Origin: Myxococcota bacterium
GTDB taxonomy: Bacteria > Myxococcota_A > SURF-8 > G963663525
Direction of reading: 5' to 3'
Length of the DNA: 64,000 nt
Assembly (NCBI GenBank): GCA_963676915.2
Contig: CAXXVK010000043.1
Span: 192,001 to 256,000, forward strand
In this document: piece after piece, positions 1 through 10,632 of the stretch
Position numbering within the stretch: position 1 is the first letter of the stretch
How the letters are laid out: every line of letters starts with the position of its first letter
Made by a program: the position numbers and the translations under genes
The notes under the pieces: model-generated
What the model was told of the DNA's origin: nothing
Database searches by the model: none
The model's input: the letters and a program-made list of their open reading frames with translations, nothing else

Positions 1-989
1 AGTGCTTCGCGAAATCTGCGGCCTCGTTGCTCGGCGTTTTCCCATAGTTTGTTTTCGACGATGTAGTCCAGCACCGCCGACGATACCCGGCAACCCAGGT
101 CGCTGCCCCCGGTGGAACTGGGATGGAAATCGGGATTCGCATCGACGAACGTTCCCAACGGACCATCGCCGCGATACAGCACCGAAGCGTTGGGGTATAC
201 GCCACCACCCAGCGATTTCGCGACGGTCAGAATGTCGGGAACCACGCCCGACCACTGGCAGGCGAATAGTTTTCCGGTGCGTCCGAAACCTGTCTGGATT
301 TCATCGAAAATCAGCAAAATCCCCCGTTGGTCGCATAGTTTTCGCAATCCCTGAAGATAGTCGTTGCTACCAATATAAATTCCGGCTTCACCTTGAACCG
401 GTTCGACGATAATGGAGGCGGTGTCGTCGTCCACGGCGTCTTCCATGGCTTTCAGGTCGTTGAACGGTACGAATTCGAAACCGGGCATCAGTGGTTCACA
501 ATAGTTGCGGTAGTGTTCTTTGCCATTGGCCGAAAGAGCGAATCCGGTATGACCGTGGTAGGCTTTGACGGTAGAGAGAATTTTGGTTTTTCCCGTAGCG
601 CCACGAACCATTTTGATGGCGGCGTCCACTGCATCTCCTCCGCCGGCAGCAAACAGAATTCGATTGAGATCCCCCGGCGCCAGATCGACAAGCTTGCGTG
701 CAAACGTGATTTTTTCTTCGGAAAGCAGGTTCCATTCTCCCATATCCAAAGAATCCGCTGCTTGGTCGAGCGCTTCGACGATTTGTGTGTTGCCACGCCC
801 CACGTTGAAACATCCGGCGGAGGAAAAGCAGTCGAACATCGCTTTTCCCGGCAGGGGATCGACGAAACGGACACCCTGACGACGGGTTTCGATGACGTCG
901 AGATGTCCGGCACGCAAATATCGGACTTGTCCGCGATTGATGTATTTCGTAAAGCGTTCGACCAGATTTTTCTTTTCGTCCGCTGTCAT
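1..989 (-). CDS. Class-III PLP-dependent aminotransferase (acetylornithine/putrescine aminotransferase-like); runs off the left edge
   Basis: Own translation of the minus strand from ATG at 989 (MTADEKKNLVERF...). It contains AYHGHTG, IVEPVQGEAG, LIFDEIQTGFGRTG and the PLP lysine motif AKSLGGG. It is absent from the ORF track because it is incomplete. Confidence 0.88.
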   Translation of the reverse strand, partial: MTADEKKNLVERFTKYINRGQVRYLRAGHLDVIETRRQGVRFVDPLPGKAMFDCFSSAGCFNVGRGNTQIVEALDQAADSLDMGEWNLLSEEKITFARKLVDLAPGDLNRILFAAGGGDAVDAAIKMVRGATGKTKILSTVKAYHGHTGFALSANGKEHYRNYCEPLMPGFEFVPFNDLKAMEDAVDDDTASIIVEPVQGEAGIYIGSNDYLQGLRKLCDQRGILLIFDEIQTGFGRTGKLFACQWSGVVPDILTVAKSLGGGVYPNASVLYRGDGPLGTFVDANPDFHPSSTGGSDLGCRVSSAVLDYIVENKLWENAEQRGRRFREA

Positions 990-1240
990 GGTCGAAAAAG
1001 CACTCGCCCTGTTCGTTTCGGCACTCATTGAGTTTACCTCATATGTGAGTTGTGATATGATGCCAATGGTAAAAAAATGCCCATGCTTCAAAGTATTTCC
1101 TTCACCTTGTCTTCTTCTGTCCGATTAAGACTGTCGAAAGAGGGAAAGTGAAGCTGTAAAATCGACTCTCCAATTAGAACGGCAATTGTAGCGAGACGAT
1201 CCGTTCGATTCAACATTATTCTCTCTAGAAAGGGGTGGTT

Positions 1241-1840
1241 ATGAAAGCGACCGATTTCAATCTTAAAAACGATCTCCGTTTCGATCCGGGGCAGGGCTTG
1301 ACTTCGTTCCGAGATTCGAGACTGGTGATTTTCGATGCCAATGCCATCGGTTTGCTGCGTCAGAATCTGTTGGAAGAACTCGGTTTGGAGGCGGCACGCC
1401 GCTTCTTCCTACGGTTCGGATTTCAGCACGGGTACGCTGATTTCATGCAAATGAAAGTCAACTACGAGTTCGATTCCGAAATGGATCTTCTGGCCTCCGG
1501 GCCGGTGATGCACAGTTGGGAAGGTATCGTACAAGCTACCCCGAAAGAGCTGGATTACAGCCGTGAGACGGGAAAATTTTACTTTACCGGCACCTGGACC
1601 AACTCGTACGAGGCCGAACAGCACCTTAGCTACAACGAAACGGGAACGGAACCGGTTTGCTGGAGCTTGATGGGCTATGCCAGCGGTTGGGGAACCGCTT
1701 TCTTCGGGAAACCCTTGTTGGCTATCGAACCCGTGTGCATGGGCAAAGGCGACGATCATTGTGAATGGAAAATGTTACCGGTCGATGAGTGGGGAGATGA
1801 AGCGAAACTATATCTCGAAGCACTCAAAGATCTGTTTTAG
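1241..1840 (+). CDS. Stand-alone XylR-N/V4R ligand-sensing domain protein
   Basis: Motifs LRFDP..G, RLVIFDA, GPVMHSWEG, NSYEAEQH, PVCWSLMGYASG and EPVCMGKGDDHC are typical of the XylR/DmpR sensory domain. No AAA+ or HTH domain follows. Confidence 0.85.
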   Translation: MKATDFNLKNDLRFDPGQGLTSFRDSRLVIFDANAIGLLRQNLLEELGLEAARRFFLRFGFQHGYADFMQMKVNYEFDSEMDLLASGPVMHSWEGIVQATPKELDYSRETGKFYFTGTWTNSYEAEQHLSYNETGTEPVCWSLMGYASGWGTAFFGKPLLAIEPVCMGKGDDHCEWKMLPVDEWGDEAKLYLEALKDLF

Positions 1841-1849
1841 GAGGGGATT

Positions 1850-2040
1850 ATGGGAGAAAAACTCGTTAGATACTACAAATTCGTCGGAGATGAGTTCGGA
1901 CTGTCCGCCAAAGTCAATTTGGCCAAAGAAACCAAAATCCCTTCGATGAAAGCCGCTATGGCCGAGGATTCCGAAGAAAACATAAACTGTTCAAAGACGC
2001 CATTCTGAAAGTCACCGGCAAATCCGCGCCGGATATGTAA
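1850..2040 (+). CDS. Small (~63 aa) hypothetical protein coupled to the XylR-N gene; apparent 1-nt deletion near 1985
   Basis: RBS GGAGG precedes ATG 1850 (MGEKLVRYYKFVGDEFGLSAKVNLAKETKIPSMKAAMAEDSEENI). Adding one A continues it as KLFKDAILKVTGKSAPDM to TAA at 2040. Confidence 0.6.
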
Positions 2041-2044
2041 TATT

Positions 2045-2077
2045 CATGGGAATCCGGTATGTATCCGGATTCCCATG
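2045..2077. terminator. Hairpin between convergent genes
   Basis: 13-bp inverted repeat CATGGGAATCCGG / CCGGATTCCCATG. Confidence 0.6.
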
Positions 2078-2145
2078 CATTCCTCGTAACTTCTCAAGTA
2101 TCATATCCCGCCAAATTAATGAGAATACGACCGTAACCCGTTGTA

Positions 2146-3110
2146 TTATTTCTCCTTTTTTGTATATTCTCCATAGTGTTTTTCTGCGCATTCCGGACAT
2201 AAACCGTGGGAGAATTCGGCCTCCGAATGCTGGCTGATGTAGCTTTCCATCTGGTTCCAGTAACCTTCGTCATCCCGGATTTTTTTACAGATCGAGCAGA
2301 TCGGAATCAAGCCTTGCAGAGTTTTGACTTCACCCATGGCTTCTTGAAGTTCTCGAATCAGCCGTTCTTTCTCTTTTCCGAACGCTCTCGGAACTCGATT
2401 TCTTCTTCCAGTCGTTGATTGAAAACACCCAGTTGCTCGTTCATTTTTTCCATGGATTTCCGGTAGTTTGTCATCGTGATGATCACGGTTCCGGCTATCA
2501 CGATGTAAAGACTCCAGGTGACGAGCACCACGCGCCAGTCCATCATGATCGACCGAAAAGCTTCACGATGAATCAACAACGGGGCGTAGTCGAGAACGCC
2601 GAAGTATTCCAGGCAGACGATTGCAATCATGGCTGTATGACCCACGATGAAAAAGATCGTGGTTTCCTTCGGTCGGAGAAACCAACCGACCATGATTGTC
2701 GTTACCAGTACCAATCCCATCATGATGGAGTTCAGCGAGCCGCAAAAGTGCATGTGCATCAGCCAGACAGCCTGGACAAAATAGGCGCAAGCAACGATTA
2801 CAGGGTAGAAAAACTTTGTAATATCGGTACGTTGTTTGCGATAAGCCCATTTGAAAAACACGACGACGGTGAACAATGTCAGGATCAGTGCCATATTGAC
2901 ACCAATGCCGAAGGTAAAGATTTCCATATCGATAAGCTGTTGTTCTCCAGCCACAGTGCAGACAATGAACTGAATGAAGACGAACGGCGTGAACAACATC
3001 AGCAATACGCGTACCGCCAGGAAGGCACGTGAGGGAAACACTTGTTCGAAAGTGTCCGACTTTGGAAGGGTATGTTTTACGGAAAAGTTGGAATCTTTAC
3101 TGCCATCCAT
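2146..3110 (-). CDS. Multi-TM membrane protein with coiled coil and C-terminal Cys-rich domain (IPICSICKKIRDD...FSHGLCPEC); frameshift near 2365
   Basis: ORF 2358-3110 is hydrophobic and ends in EEEIEFRERSEK. ORF 2146-2337 carries the C-terminal CxxC...CxxC module and joins it across a frameshift. Confidence 0.7.
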
Positions 3111-3463
3111 GACGTTCTCCGTTTGCGAAACGAATACGAATTTTTTCCTTACAGAGGTGAGAGCTGTTTCGGAGTGTTACGGGAACCCGTCTTTTCCCGG
3201 AACTCATTTCTGTCTACAATGATACCACATTTGAGAGTTCCGATTCAATCCTCCTGTATTTTTCCTTTTTATCTCCACTTTTTTCCACAAAAAAGTGATT
3301 TTCACGGAAAATTAGCTTTTTATGTTTTCCAAATTCTCCGACATGACAGAAAACCTACCGAACTTCTTCTCCATTCCGTATTGCAAAAGAAGGAAACCGG
3401 CCTTATCTTGGAGAAGGAAAACCTCCCCGTAAGGGACAGACATTCAGCGTGAGGGTTCGATTG

Positions 3464-5399
3464 ATGGCATTTATTTCGACAGTCTTCTGGGGTATCGTTC
3501 TTCTGGGCGTACTGGTTCTCGTTCACGAAATGGGGCATTTTCTTGCGGCACGTCAGGTGGGAATTCGGGTGCTGACGTTTTCCATCGGGTTCGGTAAGAA
3601 GCTCTTTTCTTTCCGACGTGGACATACGGAGTACCGTATCGCCGCCGTTCCACTGGGTGGTTACGTTCGCCTGATGGGGCATGAATTCGACGAGATGTTG
3701 CCGCCGATCATTCTTGGAACCGCTCCGGGAAGTCTGGCCGACAAAGCAGGATTGAAACCCGGCGACGTGTTGTTCAGTATCGATGACAAAGAGCAAAGCG
3801 ACTGGAAAGAAACCGGCGATCTTCTAAACGATAGCCTCGGTGAAGACATTCACCTTGCGGTTGTTCGAGATGGAAAACTGCTGGAATTTACGGTGGAATC
3901 CGGGGATGCTTCCGAGGATGCGCCATCAGGCGAGTTTCCTGGAAAACTCGATTGTGTGGAAGACAAGGAAATGACGATTTCTCCTTTGGGACTCACCATC
4001 GGAGTGGATGCCGAAACCGCACAGGAAAGTTTTTCGAGAAAACCGCTATGGGACGTTTTTGGGTGGTTCTTGCCGGACCGCTGGCCTCATTGCTGTTTCC
4101 GATTCTGATTTATTTCTTTTTCAACCTGGGAACCGGCGAAGTGCTCGATTCCCGAATCGGTAGCGTATTTCCCGAACGCCCGCCGAACGCGCCGGATTGA
4201 TGGCCGGAGACCGGATTGTCGAGATTTCCGGGCAGCCCGTCAGTCGCTGGAGAGACCTCGTTGCTGCCATCGATATGCAAAAAGGACAGGAAACCCGCTT
4301 GAAAGTACTGCGGGACGGAGAAAAGTTGTCTCTTACCGTGACGCCCGAAACTCGAGAATCACGGGATCGATTGGGAAAAAGCCAGGAGCGTGGGCAGATC
4401 GGCATCGGTTATGCTCCGTTGCAGGCCATCGTAGCTGTGGGAAATGAAGCCTCTCCCGCCGCTCGTGCCGGAATTCGCTCGGGAGATACGGTGCTGGCGA
4501 TCAATGGCGAGGAAATCAGTCGGTATTACGAATTGCAACGCCACCTGGACGAAATGGCTATCAGTGGCCGGACGGTGTCGCTGAAAGTTGCGGGGGAAGA
4601 CGGGAAACCTCGGGAAGTCCGTCTTACGCCCGAGCTTGGGAAAAACAACGAATACCGAACCGGACTTTATCCGGCGGATGTGTTGATCGGGAAAATCGCG
4701 CCGGACAGCGCCGCTGAAAAAGTTGGGCTGAAAGCCGGAGACCTGTTGATGCGTTTCAACGGGCAACCGATTTCCTCGTGGTTGGTTTTCGAGGTGCTGT
4801 TGGGACGCCTGAAACCGCAGGATACACCGTTCGAACTTGAAGTGGAGCGACAGGGAGAAAGCCTGAAAGTGACGGTTGCCATGGCGAAGCTTTCGACGAA
4901 AGATCGTATGGGCAACGAGCACGAATACTGGCAGTTGGGTGTTTCGCCACAATACAATTACCTGAAATATTCCGAACCTTTCCTGCGGGAAGTGGACAAC
5001 CGCCTGGTGTACGCTGCCGTACAATCGGTCAAGGATCTGGCTGACATGATGTGGCTGCAACTGCGGATTATCCACGAGTTGGTCACGGGTGGAATCGGGC
5101 TGAATACCGTCGGTGGACCGATCGCCATCGTGGATCTCGCCGGACAGGCGGCCAAAGAGGGCGCGGGTCAGTTTTTGCAGATCATGGCGCTGATTTCCGT
5201 CAACCTCGGCATTATCAACCTGTTTCCGATTCCGGTGCTCGACGGCGGGCACCTGATGTTCTTCACGTTGGAAGCTTTGCTGCGCAAGCCGCTCAATCGC
5301 AAACTTCGCGAACGGGCGACCATGGTGGGTTTCGTGTTCCTGATGGGCTTGATCGGTTTGGTGATTTTGCAGGATCTTTCCCGCTATCTGTTTTCTTGA
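3464..5399 (+). CDS. rseP: RIP metalloprotease RseP (M50) with multiple PDZ domains; two frameshifts near 4050 and 4185
   Basis: HEMGH, FSIGFG, PLGGYVR, VLAGP, PDZ repeats and NLFPIPVLDGGH are distributed across three overlapping frames. Confidence 0.92.
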
Positions 5400-5412
5400 T
5401 GAGGATGATTTC

Positions 5413-6095
5413 GTGAGTATTCCCCGTAAATTGCTGGCTATCGAAGCCAGCGGGCGACCGATTTCCCTAGCCCTTTTCGAAGATGGAGCATGGTGCGCGG
5501 GTCGCGAGAAGCGAGCCGAGGTTCGTCACAGCGCGGATCTGCTTCCCATGCTGGAGGATCTTCTCGACGAAACAGGGTGGAAGCTCGGTGATCTCGAAGC
5601 CATCGCCGTCACACGCGGTCCAGGCTCGTTTACGTCCGTACGTATTGCGCTGGCAACCGCTCGGGGACTCGCTTACCCCTCGGGAACTCCGGTCTATGCC
5701 CTGAATTCCCTGGAAGTCCTCGCCGCCGGAAGACTTTCGGTGGAACAGCCGATGGTGCTGGCCGCATTGGATGCCCGAAAAAAGCAGGTTTATGCCGCCT
5801 GTTACGAGATGGGAGACATGCCTCGTCCCCTGATGACGCCTCGCTGTATCGATCCGAAGAGGTTCGCGACCTCGGAACGAACCCTTTGGTGGTAACGGGT
5901 AGCGGAGCGGCAATGGTTCTGCCTTTCGTACAGGCTACGACCTCTGAACCTGATGATTTTCCCCAGGCGCGTGTTTTAGGTCGTCTGGTACTTGAACGAA
6001 TGAAGGCGGGAGAGGATTTCGAACCCGCAACACCGCTGTACTTGCGTCGTTCCGAAGCGGAAGAAAACCTTCGGAAAGCGCAGGACGCATTGTAG
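5413..6095 (+). CDS. tsaB: tRNA t6A biosynthesis protein TsaB; frameshift near 5870
   Basis: LAIEAS, HSADLLP, GPGSFTSVRI, DARKKQVY and the C-terminal PLYLRRSEAE. Confidence 0.9.
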
Positions 6096-6137
6096 ATCCC
6101 TTTCTCATAGTTTCCACATATTGTAAAGGAGAAAACC

Positions 6138-6359
6138 ATGGCCGCAACTGTAAAACCCCTCAGCGACGATCAGAAAAAAGTTTTAAAAGCCTTCGGTTCC
6201 ATGTCCGAGCCGGTGGGAGGCAAAGTCATCGCCGAAAATACCGGCATCGACTCGAAAGATGTTACAAAGCACGTCAAAAAGCTCAAAGATGCCGGATTGA
6301 TCGAGTCGCCGGTACGCTGTAAATACAGCATCACCGATCTGGGGAAGAAGGAAATCTAA
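6138..6359 (+). CDS. Small winged-HTH protein
   Basis: 73 aa with a wHTH pattern (IAENTGIDSKDVTKHVKKLKDAGLIESPVRCKY) and a good RBS (AAGGAG). Confidence 0.7.
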   Translation: MAATVKPLSDDQKKVLKAFGSMSEPVGGKVIAENTGIDSKDVTKHVKKLKDAGLIESPVRCKYSITDLGKKEI

Positions 6360-6390
6360 CCTTTGGAGTTCCTTTTGTTTTTGATGTATG

Positions 6391-6429
6391 AAGCCGGAGT
6401 GGGTTTGAGAATCCCGTTCCGGCTTTTTT
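6391..6429 (+). terminator. Rho-independent terminator
   Basis: AAGCCGGA...TCCGGCTT stem followed by a T-run. Confidence 0.6.
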
Positions 6430-6498
6430 AGGCTTTTTTCCAATCAATAATTACGATTTTAAATACCATAAACAGGAATAGAGCATGTATAATATTTT

Positions 6499-6523
6499 GT
6501 AGCGGCGAGGCGTAAGCCCGCCG
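6499..6523 (+). repeat. REP family 1 (GTAG-type), left of RAYT
   Basis: GTAGCGGCGAGGCGTAAGCCCGCCG: a GTAG tetranucleotide plus an imperfect palindrome. Confidence 0.9.
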
Positions 6524-6567
6524 TAATTTGATCGAGATAGACCTTATAGGAAATAATTTTATGTGCC

Positions 6568-7041
6568 ATGTCAAATTCACGCTATAAAACTCGAAAAACA
6601 ATCCGCCTAAATAAAGAAGCCTATATGGGAGGAAACACTTTTCACGTAACTGTACGATGTTATCAAAAAATGGATTTACTTAGGAATGATGTAGCGAAAA
6701 TGACATTAGAAGTATTGAATAATATTTGTGAAAATGGCCAATTTAAAGTCTTTGCAGCTATTGCAATGCCGAATCATATTCATTTTCTTTGTTCGACAAA
6801 TGAAGGGGATGTTCTTACTCGTCATATTAATCGTTTTAAAGCAGTTACGACAACAATATTCCATCGCCAAGGGTACCACGGTCCTTTATGGCAGAGACGG
6901 TATTATGACCATGGTTTGCGTTCGATCGAAAGCCTTCAGCAGATTGTTTTGTATATTCTAGAAAATCCAGTTCGAAAAGGCTTCGTTGATGATTGGAAAC
7001 AGTGGCCATATTGTGTGGTTTCAGAGGGAGTTGGCATTTAA
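6568..7041 (+). mobile_element. REP-associated tyrosine transposase (RAYT, HUH/Y1)
   Basis: HVTVRC, HUH motif MPNHIHFL, LWQRRYYDH and catalytic YILENPV. The gene is AT-rich and flanked by inverted REPs. Confidence 0.9.
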
Positions 7042-7065
7042 TTGCAATAACTTTGGAGTTTTTTA

Positions 7066-7090
7066 CGGCGGGCTTACGCCTCGCCGCTAC
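7066..7090 (-). repeat. REP family 1, right of RAYT (inverted)
   Basis: CGGCGGGCTTACGCCTCGCCGCTAC is the exact reverse complement of 6499-6523. Confidence 0.9.
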
Positions 7091-7150
7091 TAACCTGACA
7101 ATATTGATTAAAAAAAACTTTCGTAAGAGGAACACGAAACTTCCCCAAAA

Positions 7151-8259
7151 TCAGTGGATGGTCGGACCGCCGTTGTCGTTTCGATTTGTAGGAGGTAGGC
7201 CCGGAATGACCTCCGGGGCGTCTTGCTCGGATTGGTTGCTATCCAGCGGCGTTTCTGGAAACAGATTGCGGTCCCGTTCGCGTTCCATTTCCTCCCATTC
7301 TTGCATTTTTCGTGCTTTTTTCGCGCCGACGTTTGACGTAACCCATGAGGAAAAGAATCGAGGTGGCGAACCAGAGGGTGGAGCTGGAAAACAGCAGCGG
7401 AATCCAGTTCCATCGAAGCTTGATTGTGGAAATCCACTCCTTTTCCAACTCGTCGAGGGATTTTCCGAACGTCTCCGTCAAAGCCGTATCGAATTCCGTT
7501 CCTTCCGCGAGTTTTTTGACGAAGCGGTTCATATTTCGGCGACCGAATTCTCCCACCAGAAAATTGACGAATTCGAAGCTTTGGGCATAGGCTAGTGAAA
7601 TGTCGGGTTACGCGAAAACCATGGGAGAGTTCCGCAAGCGTGTAAAGCCGTCCTGTTGCCGCCGCCGTGACGAGCAACTTGGCGCGTTCCAGGCTGAAAT
7701 CTTCCGAATGATAAATCGCGATGCCCTCGACGAACCATTTGGGCACAGGTTTTCCCTTCGTGGCCTGACGAAACACGATATGAGACAGTTCGTGGACAAG
7801 CGTGGTGTCCAGGTCGATCGCCCCTCCGCGTTCCGCCGCTTGCCGAAGTACGACCACGCCGATGTAAGGAAACGTGATTCCGGCGGCCCAATTCGGCACT
7901 TTCTGCCGACCGGGTTGGAGCAGTCGCCAGTCTTTTGTACTACCTGCCAGGTAGATCCTCGTTTTCATCTCGGGGCGATAACCGATCATGGCGACGAGAC
8001 GCCCCATGGCTTCCGTAGCTCGGTCCAGCAATTCCCCTGCTCGTTGCCGACCGCCGGGCGGGAAGTGCAATTCGATATCTCCCGCTTCGATTTTGGCGTA
8101 GCCTTCCGGGACGACCACTTGCGTTCCGGGTTTGACATCCAGTCCCTCTTTCGAGGCATGGAGGGAAATCGGCAGGAAGAAAAGGAAAATTCCGCACCAA
8201 AAGACGCAATGTCGTACGATTTCGGAAAAAAACGACCGTCTGGCGTCGAGGTGCTTCAC
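7151..8259 (-). CDS. Secreted/membrane-anchored peptidase MA-like zinc metalloprotease; two apparent frameshifts
   Basis: Signal peptide, VPNWAAG, LVHELSH (HExxH) and PKWFVEGIA. A C-terminal TM lies in frame 7239-7556, and the reconstructed end is ...NGGPTIH*. Confidence 0.75.
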
Positions 8260-8555
8260 GAGGTTTCCAGACTCTGTGCAAGTTCTTCGAGCGATACGCC
8301 TTCGATGATCACCGTCTTACGTTTGCCGGTGCTTCCTTTGGCGATTGTCACTTTCGACTTGGCGACGCCGCAGGTTTTCGCGAGAAAAGCGGTCAATTCC
8401 TTATTGGCGGCTCCATCCACAGGCGGAGCTTTTAGGCGAATCTTCAGGCGATCATCCAGCAGACCGACGATTTCCGTCCGGCTGGCGCGTGGCTGCACGA
8501 CGATTTCGACGGCTACACCCTCCGGTTGTTTTCGCAACCAGGCCACGTCGTCCAC
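8256..8555 (-). CDS. yggU: DUF167/YggU family protein
   Basis: VQPRASR and LKIRLKAPPVDGAAN; adjacent to yggT and yggS. Confidence 0.9.
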   Translation of the reverse strand: MDDVAWLRKQPEGVAVEIVVQPRASRTEIVGLLDDRLKIRLKAPPVDGAANKELTAFLAKTCGVAKSKVTIAKGSTGKRKTVIIEGVSLEELAQSLETS

Positions 8556-8560
8556 CTCCG

Positions 8561-9253
8561 CTAGATTCCCATGGAAAGGCTGTTGAGCATATGAGCGGCA
8601 TGGGCAATCAACGCACTCGACGCTCCGTAAAGGATAATCGACAACACCAGCAGCACCCAGGGGGCCGCTTTGGCTCCACTTGAGGAGGATTCGGGTGGTT
8701 TTCGCAGATACGTAACGTTTGCGCTTCCATTGCCGCCATTGGATTTCGGCTTGTTGGGGGGGGAGATCAGTTTGGCTACCCGGCTTTCAAACGGAGCGGA
8801 AAGCCTGTAAATCGCTTGGTAAAATGGAGAATACGGACTGGTTCCGGCAATCAGCATCACTGCGCGAATGGCGAAAATCAACAGGAAAAGGAAAAGCACC
8901 GCGTTGACGATCATACCGAAACCGCGCATTAGGTTGCCCAACAGATTGCCGTATCCGGCGATGGTATCGAGCACGATGGCGGAAAACAGGCCGATCATCA
9001 GGATTAAAACGATTGGAGATAAATCCACCGAACCGCGAGCCAGCCAGGGGAACCAGCGCCGTGTCAGTCGAAACGCCGGGTCGGTCACCCGGTAGATCGC
9101 GGCGACGAGCGGGTTTCGCGGATCGGGCGACACCCAGGACAGCAGCACCCGTAGCATGATCACCATCATGGAGACGTTGAGGATCATGCGGATTACTTCG
9201 ACGACACCCCGCACGGCATCGCCCATTACCTGTCCCGTTTGAACTTCGATCAT
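8561..9253 (-). CDS. yggT: YggT family membrane protein (two repeats)
   Basis: RVLLSWVSPDPRNP, RVTDP and VDLSPIV, followed by a second degenerate repeat. Confidence 0.85.
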   Translation of the reverse strand: MIEVQTGQVMGDAVRGVVEVIRMILNVSMMVIMLRVLLSWVSPDPRNPLVAAIYRVTDPAFRLTRRWFPWLARGSVDLSPIVLILMIGLFSAIVLDTIAGYGNLLGNLMRGFGMIVNAVLFLFLLIFAIRAVMLIAGTSPYSPFYQAIYRLSAPFESRVAKLISPPNKPKSNGGNGSANVTYLRKPPESSSSGAKAAPWVLLVLSIILYGASSALIAHAAHMLNSLSMGI

Positions 9254-9951
9254 ATTTCCTCCCCGGTTGGTTTCGGTGTGGGTCTGGGACCGAAAATCGC
9301 GGTTCCGATCCGTATCCAGGTTGCACCTTCTTCTATGGCCGGTTCCAGGTCGTGACTCAGTCCCATGGAAAGCTCCGGCAAGGCCAGCCCTTTTCGTTGC
9401 TGGAGATCGTCCCGCAAGCGTCGCAGTGCTGCATGATAGGGGCGCGTCTGCTCGGCGTTCAATTCGAACGGCGGCATCGACATCAACCCCAACGCCTCGA
9501 CATGAGGTAACCTGTTGATTTCATCGAGAATCTCAGCCGCTTGTTCGGGCGAACATCCCCGCTTGGAGGCTTCTTTCCCTACGTTGACTTCCACGAGCAC
9601 CCGAGCTGTCCAGTCGGCGACAGCGGCTCGTTTTTCCAATTCGTGGATCTGTTTGAGCTTGTCCAGGCTGTGAATCAAGGCCACTTTGCCGATAAGTTTG
9701 CGAATTTTGTTGGTTTGTAGCGCTCCTATGAAATGCCACTCGGCTTCGGGTAGATCTTCGACTTTTCCCAACAATTCCTGAACGTAGTTTTCCCCAAATG
9801 CTTCCTGACCGGCTTCCTTTAGTTGCCGAATGCTTTCGATGGGATGAAATTTACTGACCGCCAGCAGTTTGACCTTGGCCGGGTCACGGTCGCAACGGTC
9901 ACAGGCTTTGCGGATGCGCTCGTGGACTTCGTGCAGTCGGTCGGCGATCAT
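9250..9951 (-). CDS. yggS: PLP homeostasis protein YggS/PlpHP
   Basis: LLAVSK, FGENYVQE, WHFIGALQTNK, LSMG and RIGTAIFG. The start is placed at ATG 9951. Confidence 0.95.
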   Translation of the reverse strand: MIADRLHEVHERIRKACDRCDRDPAKVKLLAVSKFHPIESIRQLKEAGQEAFGENYVQELLGKVEDLPEAEWHFIGALQTNKIRKLIGKVALIHSLDKLKQIHELEKRAAVADWTARVLVEVNVGKEASKRGCSPEQAAEILDEINRLPHVEALGLMSMPPFELNAEQTRPYHAALRRLRDDLQQRKGLALPELSMGLSHDLEPAIEEGATWIRIGTAIFGPRPTPKPTGEEI

Positions 9952-10514
9952 GGACGACCTCCCATCGCTAGCAACATTTCGATGGATTCTCCCAAAGGGA
10001 GGCCGACCACGTTGGTGTATGATCCTTCCAGGTTTTCGACCATGAAACCGCCGATTCCCTGAATCGCATAGGAGCCGGCGCGGTCCAGCGGTTCTCCCGT
10101 GTCGATATACCGAACGATTTCCTGCTCTTCCAGCGCACGGAAGCGGACATCCGTTCGTACGGCCAGTCGGGATTTCCTGCCGGACGGTGCAACCACCACC
10201 ACTCCGGTGATGACGGTATGCACCGCCCCGGAGAGTTGAGTCAGCATCCGCTTGGCGTGGGCTTTGTCGTCGGGTTTTCCTAACGCTTTTCCCTCGAAAA
10301 AGACCAGTGTATCCGCTGCGAGCAGAGGCACAGTAGGCCGAACCCTCTGAAATACCTCGTCGGCCTTGCACTCGGCGATGGAAAGAGCCAACGCTTCCGG
10401 TTGCAATTGCGGATCGATGCTTTCATCCGCCGTACTGGGGATGACTTCCAGATTCCATCCCGCCCGGTGCAGAAGTTCGCGTCGGCGGGGAGATTGTGAG
10501 GCGAGAACGATCAC
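9948..10514 (-). CDS. maf: Maf nucleotide pyrophosphatase
   Basis: LASQSPRRRELL, AADT, LGKP and GSYTNVVGLP. Confidence 0.95.
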   Translation of the reverse strand: MIVLASQSPRRRELLHRAGWNLEVIPSTADESIDPQLQPEALALSIAECKADEVFQRVRPTVPLLAADTLVFFEGKALGKPDDKAHAKRMLTQLSGAVHTVITGVVVVAPSGRKSRLAVRTDVRFRALEEQEIVRYIDTGEPLDRAGSYAIQGIGGFMVENLEGSYTNVVGLPLGESIEMLLAMGGRP

Positions 10515-10632
10515 GAGACGACTCCTTCATTACATCCTGCCCCTGTAAACTAGATGCTAAAGGTGAAGGCGTCAAGTCCGCGAAAGGTTTGGTTTTTATA
10601 GAAACGGATGTTCGGAAACGAAACGGTATGAA

